32,000 nt of DNA from Synechocystis sp. PCC 6803 substr. PCC-P (lineage in GTDB: Bacteria > Cyanobacteriota > Cyanobacteriia > Cyanobacteriales > Microcystaceae). The DNA lies in the NCBI RefSeq assembly GCF_000284455.1, contig NC_017039.1, forward strand, positions 3,180,001-3,212,000. The letters are read 5' to 3'. Position numbers and translations under genes: made by a program. Position 1 is the stretch's first letter; each line of letters starts with the position of its first letter. The notes below the pieces were generated by a model. That model was not told the DNA's origin. It worked only from the letters and a program-made list of their open reading frames with translations, and did not search any database. Below are positions 17,690 through 26,525 of this stretch, one piece after another.

Positions 17690-17722
17690 GTCCCCCCAAA
17701 CTTGGGGACCAGGGGGCTTTTT
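17690..17722 (+). terminator. Candidate intrinsic terminator after hemE
   Basis: GTCCCC (17690-17695) pairs with GGGGAC (17704-17709), followed by CAGGGGGCTTTTT. An additional 7-bp hairpin, CTCAGTA/TACTGAG, lies at 17651-17676. The site is in the convergent hemE / Ap4A-phosphorylase-like gap. Confidence 0.45.
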
Positions 17723-17757
17723 AAACACACTCTAACCTAGGGAAAAACTTTGGGAAA

Positions 17758-18612
17758 CTATTGCGCTATCCCTACTTTTTGCAATAGTTGCCACGGCCCC
17801 AATTGTTGTAAAAGTTCTAACTGTTGTTGATTTCTCACCAATAAGCCACCGGCAAAACCTAGGGCATTAACTTCAATGTCTTGGTAGGATTCCTGGGAAC
17901 GGGGCACGATCGCCAAAAACTCCCTGGTCATTAGTAAATTATAGGGATGGGGCTTTGCTCCCCCTGCAGTTTGTAATCCCAATTGCTGCAACAGATCCTG
18001 ATAAATCTGATAACAAATTTTACCTCCATCAGCATCGTTAATCACATCCATGGTTAAGGGGGCGATCGCCGTTTTAAAAGGCAGATTTTTTGCCTGAATA
18101 AAATGATCAGCCAGGGGGAATTTTTGACCATTTTCCACTAAGGGAAAGGGTATCCATTGTAAATGGCGGTGGGGTTGGCTGGCCCCTGCTTTGGGACCGC
18201 TGTTATAAAATACTAAACCTTCTTTTTCTTCTAAAACTTGTACTGCCACTCCAAAATCCCCCAAGGTCAAAGGACTTTGTTGATCTTCAAACTCCCGGGT
18301 GACAATTAATAAATGTTGGTCCACTACCTTAAATTTATTCAGCAATCCCAAATGGGTTGGGGAAAAATGCCCCACAAATAGATCGGCGTCGTAGGGTAAA
18401 AAAGGATTAATTTTCTGGCGATGTTGGTGTTCGGTAATGATTTTTTTGCGATGAATTTGGGTCAAAATCCGCACCACAAAGTTTATTTCTCCCACCTCCA
18501 GGGTCGTTACCGCCGTAGTGATGGGTTGGAGGGCACCGGTTTTGAGAGCATGGTCACTCTGGGCCAGTAAACGAGGCCACAATTGACCGGGTAGGAGATA
18601 GGATTCAGCCAT
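17758..18612 (-). CDS. ATP adenylyltransferase / Ap4A phosphorylase-like protein (Apa1/Apa2 family)
   Basis: The blocks LLNKFKVVDQHLLIVTREFEDQQSPL and GASQPHRHLQWIP resemble the Apa2-type HxHxQ active-site region. I place the start at ATG 18612 (MAESYLL...), not at the track start 18666. Confidence 0.65.
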   Translation of the reverse strand: MAESYLLPGQLWPRLLAQSDHALKTGALQPITTAVTTLEVGEINFVVRILTQIHRKKIITEHQHRQKINPFLPYDADLFVGHFSPTHLGLLNKFKVVDQHLLIVTREFEDQQSPLTLGDFGVAVQVLEEKEGLVFYNSGPKAGASQPHRHLQWIPFPLVENGQKFPLADHFIQAKNLPFKTAIAPLTMDVINDADGGKICYQIYQDLLQQLGLQTAGGAKPHPYNLLMTREFLAIVPRSQESYQDIEVNALGFAGGLLVRNQQQLELLQQLGPWQLLQKVGIAQ

Positions 18613-18767
18613 GGTGAGGGCAAACAGGTAACTACGTTCTTGGCACCGGGCAACAACATTACCCATTAAAGCAACCCCTGATTATGTCCACCGAAAATAC
18701 GGCCAGGGGCTGGGTTTTACTTGAGCCGTCCCTTGATCCTACACCGAGGGGTGGAGAGCACTACCCG

Positions 18768-19280
18768 TCAAATAATTTGCAAGGATTGCTCATCTTCCCA
18801 AATGCGAGAATCCACATTCAATTGGCTCAATTTGGTCCGGCCCAGATCGGCCCAGAAATTACGGTGGCGGCGATCGCCTAGGTAAACATGGTCCTCATCT
18901 TTGGCTTTGCTACAGGCTTCCACCAAGAAATAGGCTAATTGCTTGGCTGTAATATCAGAACCACTAATTTGAAAGTGAAACAATAAATCCCGCCGTTGGG
19001 GCGCAGAGCCCTGGGCATAGAGCATCGTGAAATCGTGACTAGCATGATGATCAAACATTTTCGGTCTGGGCATGGACTGGTTGCCAAAACTTTCCGTATC
19101 TGTGCCCTTAAGCTGGGAAACTAACAGTAAATGCCTTAGGTTAGGAGTGGCAGCAAGGACACCAGAATAGTACAAAATTAAAGGGGCAGTTAAATTTTGA
19201 GAAGCTTTGAAATTCCAATTGGCTTTATCGAGGGGAAAATAGGCTAAAAATTGATTCCATTCCGACATAGATGTGGGCAT
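18768..19280 (-). CDS. Hypothetical soluble protein, about 170 aa, function unknown
   Basis: Long ORF with ordinary amino-acid composition. It lies upstream of and co-directional with the Ap4A-phosphorylase-like gene. I recognise no motif. The start is ambiguous: TTG 19304, ATG 19280 or ATG 19268. Confidence 0.55.
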   Translation of the reverse strand: MPTSMSEWNQFLAYFPLDKANWNFKASQNLTAPLILYYSGVLAATPNLRHLLLVSQLKGTDTESFGNQSMPRPKMFDHHASHDFTMLYAQGSAPQRRDLLFHFQISGSDITAKQLAYFLVEACSKAKDEDHVYLGDRRHRNFWADLGRTKLSQLNVDSRIWEDEQSLQII

Positions 19281-19352
19281 ATTGTCACCAAAAATTACAC
19301 TCAAACCTCGATTAACTATTGTTTATTTTAGCAATCCTCTCGTCATCGCTAC

Positions 19353-19382
19353 TAATTAATGCCAGTGCTAATTAAGCAGTGA
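19353..19382. promoter_or_regulatory. Adjacent imperfect tandem repeat CTAATTAATGCCAGTG / CTAATTAAGCAGTG in an AT-rich divergent promoter region
   Basis: Read directly from the sequence. It lies between the unknown 170-aa gene (minus strand) and the PfkB kinase gene (plus strand). Confidence 0.3.
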
Positions 19383-19515
19383 TATTGCTATTATTTTGGC
19401 GCAAACTGACCATAATAAACGTCGTTTCCATCCGGTAAATTAATCTAACCATTGTCAGTCAAGCCATTCTGCCCTAGGATAACATTCGTTATAAAGTGGA
19501 ATCCGTGAGGTTGCA

Positions 19516-20517
19516 ATGGGTCACAAATACGATGTCTATGGCATGGGAAATGCCCTGGTGGATATGGAATTTGAGGTTACCCCAGAGCAGTTGGCCAGCC
19601 TAGGCATTGATAAAGGGGTGATGACCTTGGTGGAAGAGGCCAGGGAAAATGAATTAATTGCCCAATTGGCCCAACAGCGTGGCAAGCAAAGCAGTGGCGG
19701 ATCAGCGGCCAATACTCTGGTGTCCCTGGCCCAACTGGGGGGTACGGGTTTTTATGCCTGCAAAGTGGGTAAGGATGAAGCGGGAGCCTTTTACCTCCAG
19801 GATTTGAACGATTGCGGCCTCGATACCAATCCCCACCATGAAACCGCTGGCGAAGGCATTACGGGCAAATGCTTAGTGTTTGTCACCCCCGATGCTGACC
19901 GCACCATGAATGCTTTTTTGGGCATTAGTGGCAGTTTGTCCGTAACCGAAATGGATTGGTCTGCTTTAAAACAGTCCCAATACCTTTACCTGGAAGGCTA
20001 TCTGGTCACTTCCCCCAGTGCCAAAGCGGCCTGCATTGAAGCCAAGGCGATCGCCGAACAATCCGGGGTGAAAACCTGTCTATCCCTATCCGATCCCAAC
20101 ATGGCCAAATTTTTTCAAGACGGTTTAAAGGAAATGCTGGGGTCAGGGGTAGATCTACTATTCGCCAATGAAGCGGAAGCCCTGGAAATGGCCGGTACTT
20201 CAGACCTCAACCAGGCGATCGCCTACTGTAAAAGTATTGCCAAAAACTTTGCCCTGACCAGGGGCGGAGCAGGCTCACTAATTTTTGATGGTGAGAATTT
20301 ATTGACCATTGGCACCCCCAAAGTCCAACCCATCGATACGGTGGGAGCGGGGGATATGTACGCTGGGGGATTTTTATATGGCCTAACCCATGGCATGGAC
20401 TATGAAAAAGCTGGGCAATTGGCTTCGGAAACAGCCGCCAAAGTAGTTACCTGTTATGGTCCCCGCCTAGACACAGAAATTCTGCAAGAGATTTTACAGT
20501 CTGTTCAAGCAGTTTAG
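19516..20517 (+). CDS. PfkB-family carbohydrate/nucleoside kinase (adenosine kinase-like)
   Basis: N-terminal GMGNALVD and C-terminal [14 protein letters not shown] (the PfkB GAGD anion hole). GAGG precedes the ATG. Confidence 0.78.
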
Positions 20518-20526
20518 AACAAAAAG

Positions 20527-21690
20527 CTACTTTTCTCCCAAATCATAGGAGGGACTAAGCCAGCCCTTACGCCAGAAGAAATAGAGGGATCCTCCGGCAA
20601 TTAAGAGCATCACTATCCAAGTAATATAGTAGCCCCAGCGGCTGTTTAGTTCTGGCATTTCTTTGAAGTTCATACCGTAAACCCCGGCAATAAAAGTTAG
20701 GGGAATAAAAATGGTAGAAATGACGGTCAAAAATTTCATTACTTCATTCATTTTATTGCTCATGGCAGTCATATAAACCTCCATTAAACTAGAAGCTAAT
20801 TCCCGGTAAGCTTCGATAATATCTAACACCTGAATAATGTGATCGTAGCAATCTCGAAAGTAAATTCTTACGTCTGCTGTTACGATGGAATTGGTGGTGT
20901 CCCGCAGCAGCACATTCATCACATGGCGCAGGGGCCAAATCAACCTTCTCAGGGCTAAAAGTTCCCGGCGAATATGGTAAATTTCCTCCATTAATGAGCT
21001 GTTGGGATTACGAATAATGGTGTCTTCTAGGGCTTCAATGCGTTCTTCATAATCTTCCAAGAGGGGAAAATATTCATCAATTAACATATCAATTAACAAA
21101 TAGCAAAGATAATCCGCTCCTTGTTGGCAAACTTTACCTTGATTGGTGCGAATTCTTTCCCTTAGGGGATTAAAACAATCAATAATGTGCCCTTCCTGGA
21201 AAGTTAATAGGTAACGTTTGCCCAACACAAAACTAACCTGCTCACTTTCAAAGCCATCTTCTTCCCGATTAGGACGCACCCGATGGGCAATAACCATCAC
21301 ATGGTCGTTATAATCTTCTACCTTTGCTCGCTGGGGGACGTTAACAATATCTTCTAAAAGTAGGGGGTGTAATTTAAAAATTTCCCCCACTTCCTTAAGC
21401 ACTTCTTCACTGCCTAAACCTTCAATATCCATCCAAGAAACAGTATTTGTACCTAAATAAGGTCTCAGGGCATTGGGACTAATATCCGACTTTCGCACGG
21501 CATGGCTGGGGCTATAATCCACCAACACAATGCGGGAAGGGGGCGCATCGGGTTCAATGCTGAGGGTACCCGGTTCACTACCCGGCTCGTCATAGAAGTA
21601 GTCAAAATAATCTTCTTCTTCCTCTTCTTCTTGGGGATGACGCAGTTGGCGCAGGAGAAAATCCTCAATGCCGGGTTGGGTTTGGGGCAT
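20527..21690 (-). CDS. corA: CorA-type magnesium/cobalt transporter
   Basis: Two C-terminal TM helices with the YGMNF signature (AGVYGMNFKEMPE). The N-terminus is acidic, with an EEEEEE tract. Confidence 0.9.
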   Translation of the reverse strand: MPQTQPGIEDFLLRQLRHPQEEEEEEDYFDYFYDEPGSEPGTLSIEPDAPPSRIVLVDYSPSHAVRKSDISPNALRPYLGTNTVSWMDIEGLGSEEVLKEVGEIFKLHPLLLEDIVNVPQRAKVEDYNDHVMVIAHRVRPNREEDGFESEQVSFVLGKRYLLTFQEGHIIDCFNPLRERIRTNQGKVCQQGADYLCYLLIDMLIDEYFPLLEDYEERIEALEDTIIRNPNSSLMEEIYHIRRELLALRRLIWPLRHVMNVLLRDTTNSIVTADVRIYFRDCYDHIIQVLDIIEAYRELASSLMEVYMTAMSNKMNEVMKFLTVISTIFIPLTFIAGVYGMNFKEMPELNSRWGYYITWIVMLLIAGGSLYFFWRKGWLSPSYDLGEK

Positions 21691-21821
21691 GGCAAAGGCT
21701 CAAGAAAACTAGTTGATTTTATCGCAGGCGGTTTAAAGTTTGTTTAACCTTTACACTTTACGATTTTGGCCGGCCTGATGGGCCAGTGGAACCAGTCAAA
21801 TTTAATTTCTGGGCAGTGAAT

Positions 21822-22571
21822 CTAAACCTTACCAAAGCGACGGTGTCTTTGTTGATAGTCTCGTAGGGCTAAATGGAATGCTTGGCGATCGAAGTCGGGC
21901 CAGAGGGTGGAGGTGACGTAAATTTCGGCGTAGGCCATTTGCCAGAGCAAAAAGTTGCTGATTCTCAATTCTCCACTGGTGCGGATAAGCAGGTCGGGAT
22001 GGGATAAACCTTCGGTATAGAGATATTTTTCCACCACCCCTTCATCAATGGTTTCTGGGTCTAATTTCCCCGATTGTACTTCCCTGGCGATCGCCTGGCA
22101 GACATGGACAATTTCTTGGCGGCCGCCGTAGTTGGTGGCCACAGTGAAGCGGATCCCCGTATTGTTTTTGGTATCTTCCATGGAGCGGGCAATTTCATCC
22201 TGGAGGGAACGGGGCAGGGAAGTCAGATTACCGACAAAACGAATGCGGACGTTTTCCGCCATCATTTCCTTTAATTCCCGCCGTAGCACCCGCTCAAACA
22301 GGGTCATCAAAAATTCCACTTCTTCCAGGGGACGGCCCCAATTTTCGGTAGAAAAAGCATAGGCCGTCAGGGCCGCAATGCCCCAATCATCGCAACAACG
22401 CAACAAATTTTTTAGGGAGTCCACCCCCCGTTGATGGCCCATAATCCTTGGCATACCCCTTTGTTTTGCCCAGCGGCCATTCCCATCCATGATGACCGCC
22501 ACATGTTGGGGTAACCGTTGCTGGTCCAAATCCGGCGGTAATGTTTCTAAGATGACAGGTTTAATAGTCAT
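21822..22571 (-). CDS. uppS: Di-trans,poly-cis-undecaprenyl-diphosphate synthase
   Basis: Signature blocks [13 protein letters not shown] and [12 protein letters not shown] place the start at ATG 22571, which overlaps the cdaA stop codon as ATGA. Confidence 0.9.
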
Positions 22572-23479
22572 TTTTTGTCGTTTTGGGCAGTTGAGGAAGG
22601 CAGCCAAAGCAAACGCCTGAGTATTCCCCAACTTTGGTTACTCAGGCTACGGCTCAGGCGGCTAAGTTGGGGGGTAACGGACTCCCGCTCCGTGGGGGGG
22701 GCATATTCAGTTTCTAGCAATTCCTTTAGTTTACTGCTAGTGAGGGGACGGTTGAGATTTCCCCCCTGGGCCAGGGTAATGGAGCCGGTTTCCTCGGAAA
22801 CGACAATACAAAGACAATTTTCACTTTTTTCGGTAATGCCCATGGCGGCCCGGTGCCTGGTGCCCAACTGGCGGGATGCACTGCGTTCTGAGAGGGGCAA
22901 AATAACCCCGGCGGCTACTAAGCGGGAGCCCCTGATAAAAATGGCCCCATCGTGGAGCAAGGTTTTGGGCTGGAAAATGGTTTGTAACAATTCCTTCGAC
23001 AGCTTACTGTCAATGGCGACTCCCCGATTGAGGAAAATACGGCTGTCTAGAATGCCCTGGGCTTCCATCACCATGAGGGCGCCAATCCGATTTTGGGACA
23101 GTTCCTTGACCGCATCGACAATTTCGTCAATGGCATCGGTGCTGGGGGGGCTAGAACTACGCCGCCGCAGTAATTCTAAAAATCTCCCCTGGCCAAGCAG
23201 TTCTAAAAATCGCCTCAGTTCTGCCTGGAAGATCACTGCCAAGGCCACTGCTGTACCCAAGACAAATTTTTCCAGCACAAATTTCAACAATTCTAAATGC
23301 AGGCGATCGCTCACCAGTTGAGCCACCATCAACACCAACAGTCCCCGCATAATCCACAGGATTTGATTTTCGCCAAAGACCCGGCTTAGTAGGTAAAACA
23401 AACCGATGACTAAACCAAGATCGAGGGCGCCATGGAAAAAGGGGAGCAGGGAAGTAAGATCCGGGGGAAAGCCCGACAT
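22568..23479 (-). CDS. cdaA: Membrane-anchored diadenylate cyclase (CdaA/DacA type)
   Basis: Three N-terminal TM segments are followed by a DAC domain with the blocks [19 protein letters not shown] and VVSEETGSI. Confidence 0.88.
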
Positions 23480-23521
23480 GGGTAAGGGGAGATGGTCGTT
23501 AGGGTGGGGGTAGGGAAAGGT

Positions 23522-24931
23522 TTAGGACAGTAGACGGTTGGGTAGACAATCCTGGCGCAATAGGTCGGTGTAGGTTTCCCGTTGCAGAATCAGGTTTGCT
23601 TGTCCTTGGTTTACTAGTACAGCGGCGGGGCGACCTAAACGGTTGTAGTTGGAAGCCATGCTGTGGTTATAAGCACCAGTGGCAGCCACTACCATAATGT
23701 CCCCTGGTTCGGCGGCGGGTAGGGCCACATCCTTAACGAGAATATCGCCGGACTCACAATGTTTCCCGGCCACGGTGACAGTTTCGGTAATTTCGTCGTT
23801 CATCCGGTTGGCTAGGGCAACGCGATACACCGATTGGTAGGTGATGGGGCGGGGATTGTCGGACATGCCGCCATCGACGGAAATATAGGTGCGAATATTG
23901 GGCACAACTTTACGCCCTCCCACCCGATAGGCCGTTACACAGGCAGACCCCACCAGGGAACGTCCCGGCTCAGCAATCAGTTTGGGGTAGGGGATGTTCT
24001 GGCGATCGCAGGCTTTGGCAACGGAGATGGCCGCCACTTGGGCCCATTCTTCGATACTGGGGGGATCATCACTTTCGGTGTAGCAAATCCCTAGGCCACC
24101 GCCGATGTTCAATTCCGTCAGGGGCAAGCCGTAGGTCAAGCCTTTGGTAAACCATTGCACTAACACTTCCCCTAAATCTTTGTGGGGTTGACGCTCAAAA
24201 ATTTGGGAGCCGATGTGGGCATGGAGTCCGAGACAATGGAGTGAGGGTTGTTGGGCAATGTAGGTGAAAACCGCTTCTAGTTGGTTGGGATCAAAGCCAA
24301 ATTTGCTGTCCAGATGCCCCGTTTTAATATATTCATGGGTGTGGCATTCGATGCCTGGGGTGAGGCGCAACATAATCTTTACCGGTGCCCCTGAGTCGGC
24401 CGCTAGTTTGGTCAGGGTTTCCAGTTCCAACCAGTTATCGACAATGATGGTGCAGTTAATGGCGATCGCCTCTTGGAGTTCCTGCACCGATTTGTTATTG
24501 CCGTGGAAGTAAATTTTTTCTGCAATCTCAGCTTCGTCCCAGCCTAATTGCTTCAGGGCTGAAACCGTGGTGAATAATTCCCCGCCGGATACGACATCAA
24601 ATCCCAACCCTTCCTGGGCGGCGATCGCCACTACGGCTAAACAACTCCAGGCTTTGGAAGCGTAGATTACTTGACTGGAACCCGGATAGTGGGCTTGGAA
24701 GGATTGACGATACTGCTGGGCCGCTTGCCGCAGGGTGGTTTCATCCAAAATGTAGAGGGGAGAACCAAACTGTTCCACCAAGGCTGGGACGGAGCAACCA
24801 CCAATTTCTAGTTCACCGTTTTTATTAATAACGGCCGTCAACGGTAAAAGATTTTGGTTGGGGGAGGGGGAGGCCGGGGTTTTTAATAAGGTGCTTCCGG
24901 TGGTTGGAAGGGGCATTTCAGTGGAGAGCAT
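23522..24931 (-). CDS. lysA: Diaminopimelate decarboxylase
   Basis: PLP-lysine block IYASKAW, plus GGGLGI, EPGRSLV and HCESGD. I place the start at ATG 24931 (or 24916). The 32-aa extension in the track is Cys-rich and non-homologous. Confidence 0.9.
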   Translation of the reverse strand: MLSTEMPLPTTGSTLLKTPASPSPNQNLLPLTAVINKNGELEIGGCSVPALVEQFGSPLYILDETTLRQAAQQYRQSFQAHYPGSSQVIYASKAWSCLAVVAIAAQEGLGFDVVSGGELFTTVSALKQLGWDEAEIAEKIYFHGNNKSVQELQEAIAINCTIIVDNWLELETLTKLAADSGAPVKIMLRLTPGIECHTHEYIKTGHLDSKFGFDPNQLEAVFTYIAQQPSLHCLGLHAHIGSQIFERQPHKDLGEVLVQWFTKGLTYGLPLTELNIGGGLGICYTESDDPPSIEEWAQVAAISVAKACDRQNIPYPKLIAEPGRSLVGSACVTAYRVGGRKVVPNIRTYISVDGGMSDNPRPITYQSVYRVALANRMNDEITETVTVAGKHCESGDILVKDVALPAAEPGDIMVVAATGAYNHSMASNYNRLGRPAAVLVNQGQANLILQRETYTDLLRQDCLPNRLLS

Positions 24932-25099
24932 GGCAGGGGGATTTTTAATACAGATAAAATTTAGTCGGACTGGTCGGACATCGGAGCTACAACAACCGGG
25001 GGCAAAGCAAAACCCTAAAAGTATCAATAACTCTTGTAATATCCCAGTTTATCAATCTTAGGGATGATTGTTTTCCTTCTTTTTTGGCTGTAACTATGG

Positions 25100-26524
25100 T
25101 CAAGGAGAGGGGGACACAATTCTTTCTGGAGTTAATTTTTCCTGCAGTTCTTGCTTAATGCGGGCCATAACGGAATTTTGATCCAAAGAGTTGAGAATAT
25201 CCCGCACCACTGTCCTTGGCCCCGTTTCTCCCCAGGCGGCCCCATTGGCTAAATAGGTTTTGGTCACTTGACCGATCGCCAAGGTGGACACTCCGGCCAC
25301 ACTAGCTTGGGTGAGGGCAACGGAAATATAGGGGGCCAAGGCCAATCCCCCGGTTAAGGGCACCGTCAAACCGAGTAAACCCTTGAGGGAACTAAGGCCC
25401 AACCCCGCCAAAAATTCGCTGGCAGTGATGCCCCCCATACTCACCCCAATTTTTTGCAACAGGGCGATCGCCGCCGTTTGGGTCATGGGCAAACCATACA
25501 GCTTGGAAAGGGAAATAATCAGAGCCACATCCACCACTGCTCCGCTGAATAAATCCAGCACGGTCACCGGATTGAGAGCAATGGCCGTCGCCTTGACCAT
25601 TACTGCTTTTTGGAGAATGGTATTGGCTTGGCTGTCCCGCAAACGCATTTTTTGTTGCACTAATTTATCATTCAGATTATCAGCACAAAGTAAAGTATTT
25701 AAAGCTACTAAAGATTTCCCTTCCCGTTGCAATAAATCAATGATTTTTAAGCGCAAATTATCAACTTTTGCTTCCCCCCGATATTGGTAACGCTCCAATT
25801 TTCCCTGGGTATTTTCCCTCAATTCTGTCACCAAGGGACTGGCAGAAACTAAGACAATTTCTTCTGGAGACAATAATTCTTTCACCCGTTCATCGCGAAT
25901 TTTTTCATAAATTAATTGCTGATCCGTCGCCGGATATTGATCAATTTTATTAAATACTAGCAACATGGGTTTGCCCACCGCCCGCAATCGGGACAAGGCT
26001 TGGAATTCCACTTGGGACATATCCCCGGCAATGACAAACAAAATTAAATCTACCTGTTGGGCCACGGCGATCGCCAATTGTTCCCGTTCTTGACCCTTTA
26101 CTTCATCAATGCCCGGTGTATCAATTAATTGTAATTGGGCATTGCCCCAACCAGAAATGGTAACGGTGGACAATCCGTCAGCTTGGTTCAGTTGCCAGGA
26201 AGCAGATTGTTGGGTCTGGGTAACACCATGGACTGGCCCAGTGGTGAAAACTTGCTCACCTAAAAGAGCATTGAGCAGGGAAGATTTCCCCCTTCCCACT
26301 AAACCAAAAGCCGCAATTTGCACTACTCCTTGGTTTAAATTTTCTAGCATGGTACAGAGGTGGCTAATTTCCTTTTCCAGTCCCTGTTTTTCCGTAGTAT
26401 CGAGATCAATTTGTTCAACGATCGCCGTCAAACTAGCCTGGGCTTGCTGATAATTTAAATCTTCTTGAATCGCGCTAATAATATCTAAAGTTTGGTCTAA
26501 ATCAGTCAAGGAATTATTATTCAT
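25100..26524 (-). CDS. GTP-binding protein with C-terminal hydrophobic (DUF697/YcjF-like) domain
   Basis: G1 GLVGRGKSSLLNALLG, G3 DTPGIDE and G4 NKID. The C-terminal about 130 aa are Gly/Ala/Leu-rich with membrane-embedded character. Its ATG lies 1 nt after the argS stop. Confidence 0.75.
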   Translation of the reverse strand: MNNNSLTDLDQTLDIISAIQEDLNYQQAQASLTAIVEQIDLDTTEKQGLEKEISHLCTMLENLNQGVVQIAAFGLVGRGKSSLLNALLGEQVFTTGPVHGVTQTQQSASWQLNQADGLSTVTISGWGNAQLQLIDTPGIDEVKGQEREQLAIAVAQQVDLILFVIAGDMSQVEFQALSRLRAVGKPMLLVFNKIDQYPATDQQLIYEKIRDERVKELLSPEEIVLVSASPLVTELRENTQGKLERYQYRGEAKVDNLRLKIIDLLQREGKSLVALNTLLCADNLNDKLVQQKMRLRDSQANTILQKAVMVKATAIALNPVTVLDLFSGAVVDVALIISLSKLYGLPMTQTAAIALLQKIGVSMGGITASEFLAGLGLSSLKGLLGLTVPLTGGLALAPYISVALTQASVAGVSTLAIGQVTKTYLANGAAWGETGPRTVVRDILNSLDQNSVMARIKQELQEKLTPERIVSPSP

Positions 26525-26525
26525 G

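Noticed and set aside
22575-23321. 248-aa plus-strand ORF lying entirely antisense to cdaA
   Set aside because: The product is Ser/Arg/Leu-rich and low in complexity, as expected for the reverse frame of a real gene. The opposite strand carries unmistakable DAC-domain motifs, and there is no start context. It is long for a 47-48% GC genome, but I judge it a shadow ORF.
25383-25790. 135-aa plus-strand ORF antisense to the GTPase gene (similar case at 26109-26450)
   Set aside because: These are shadow ORFs opposite a gene with canonical G-motifs and have no independent support.
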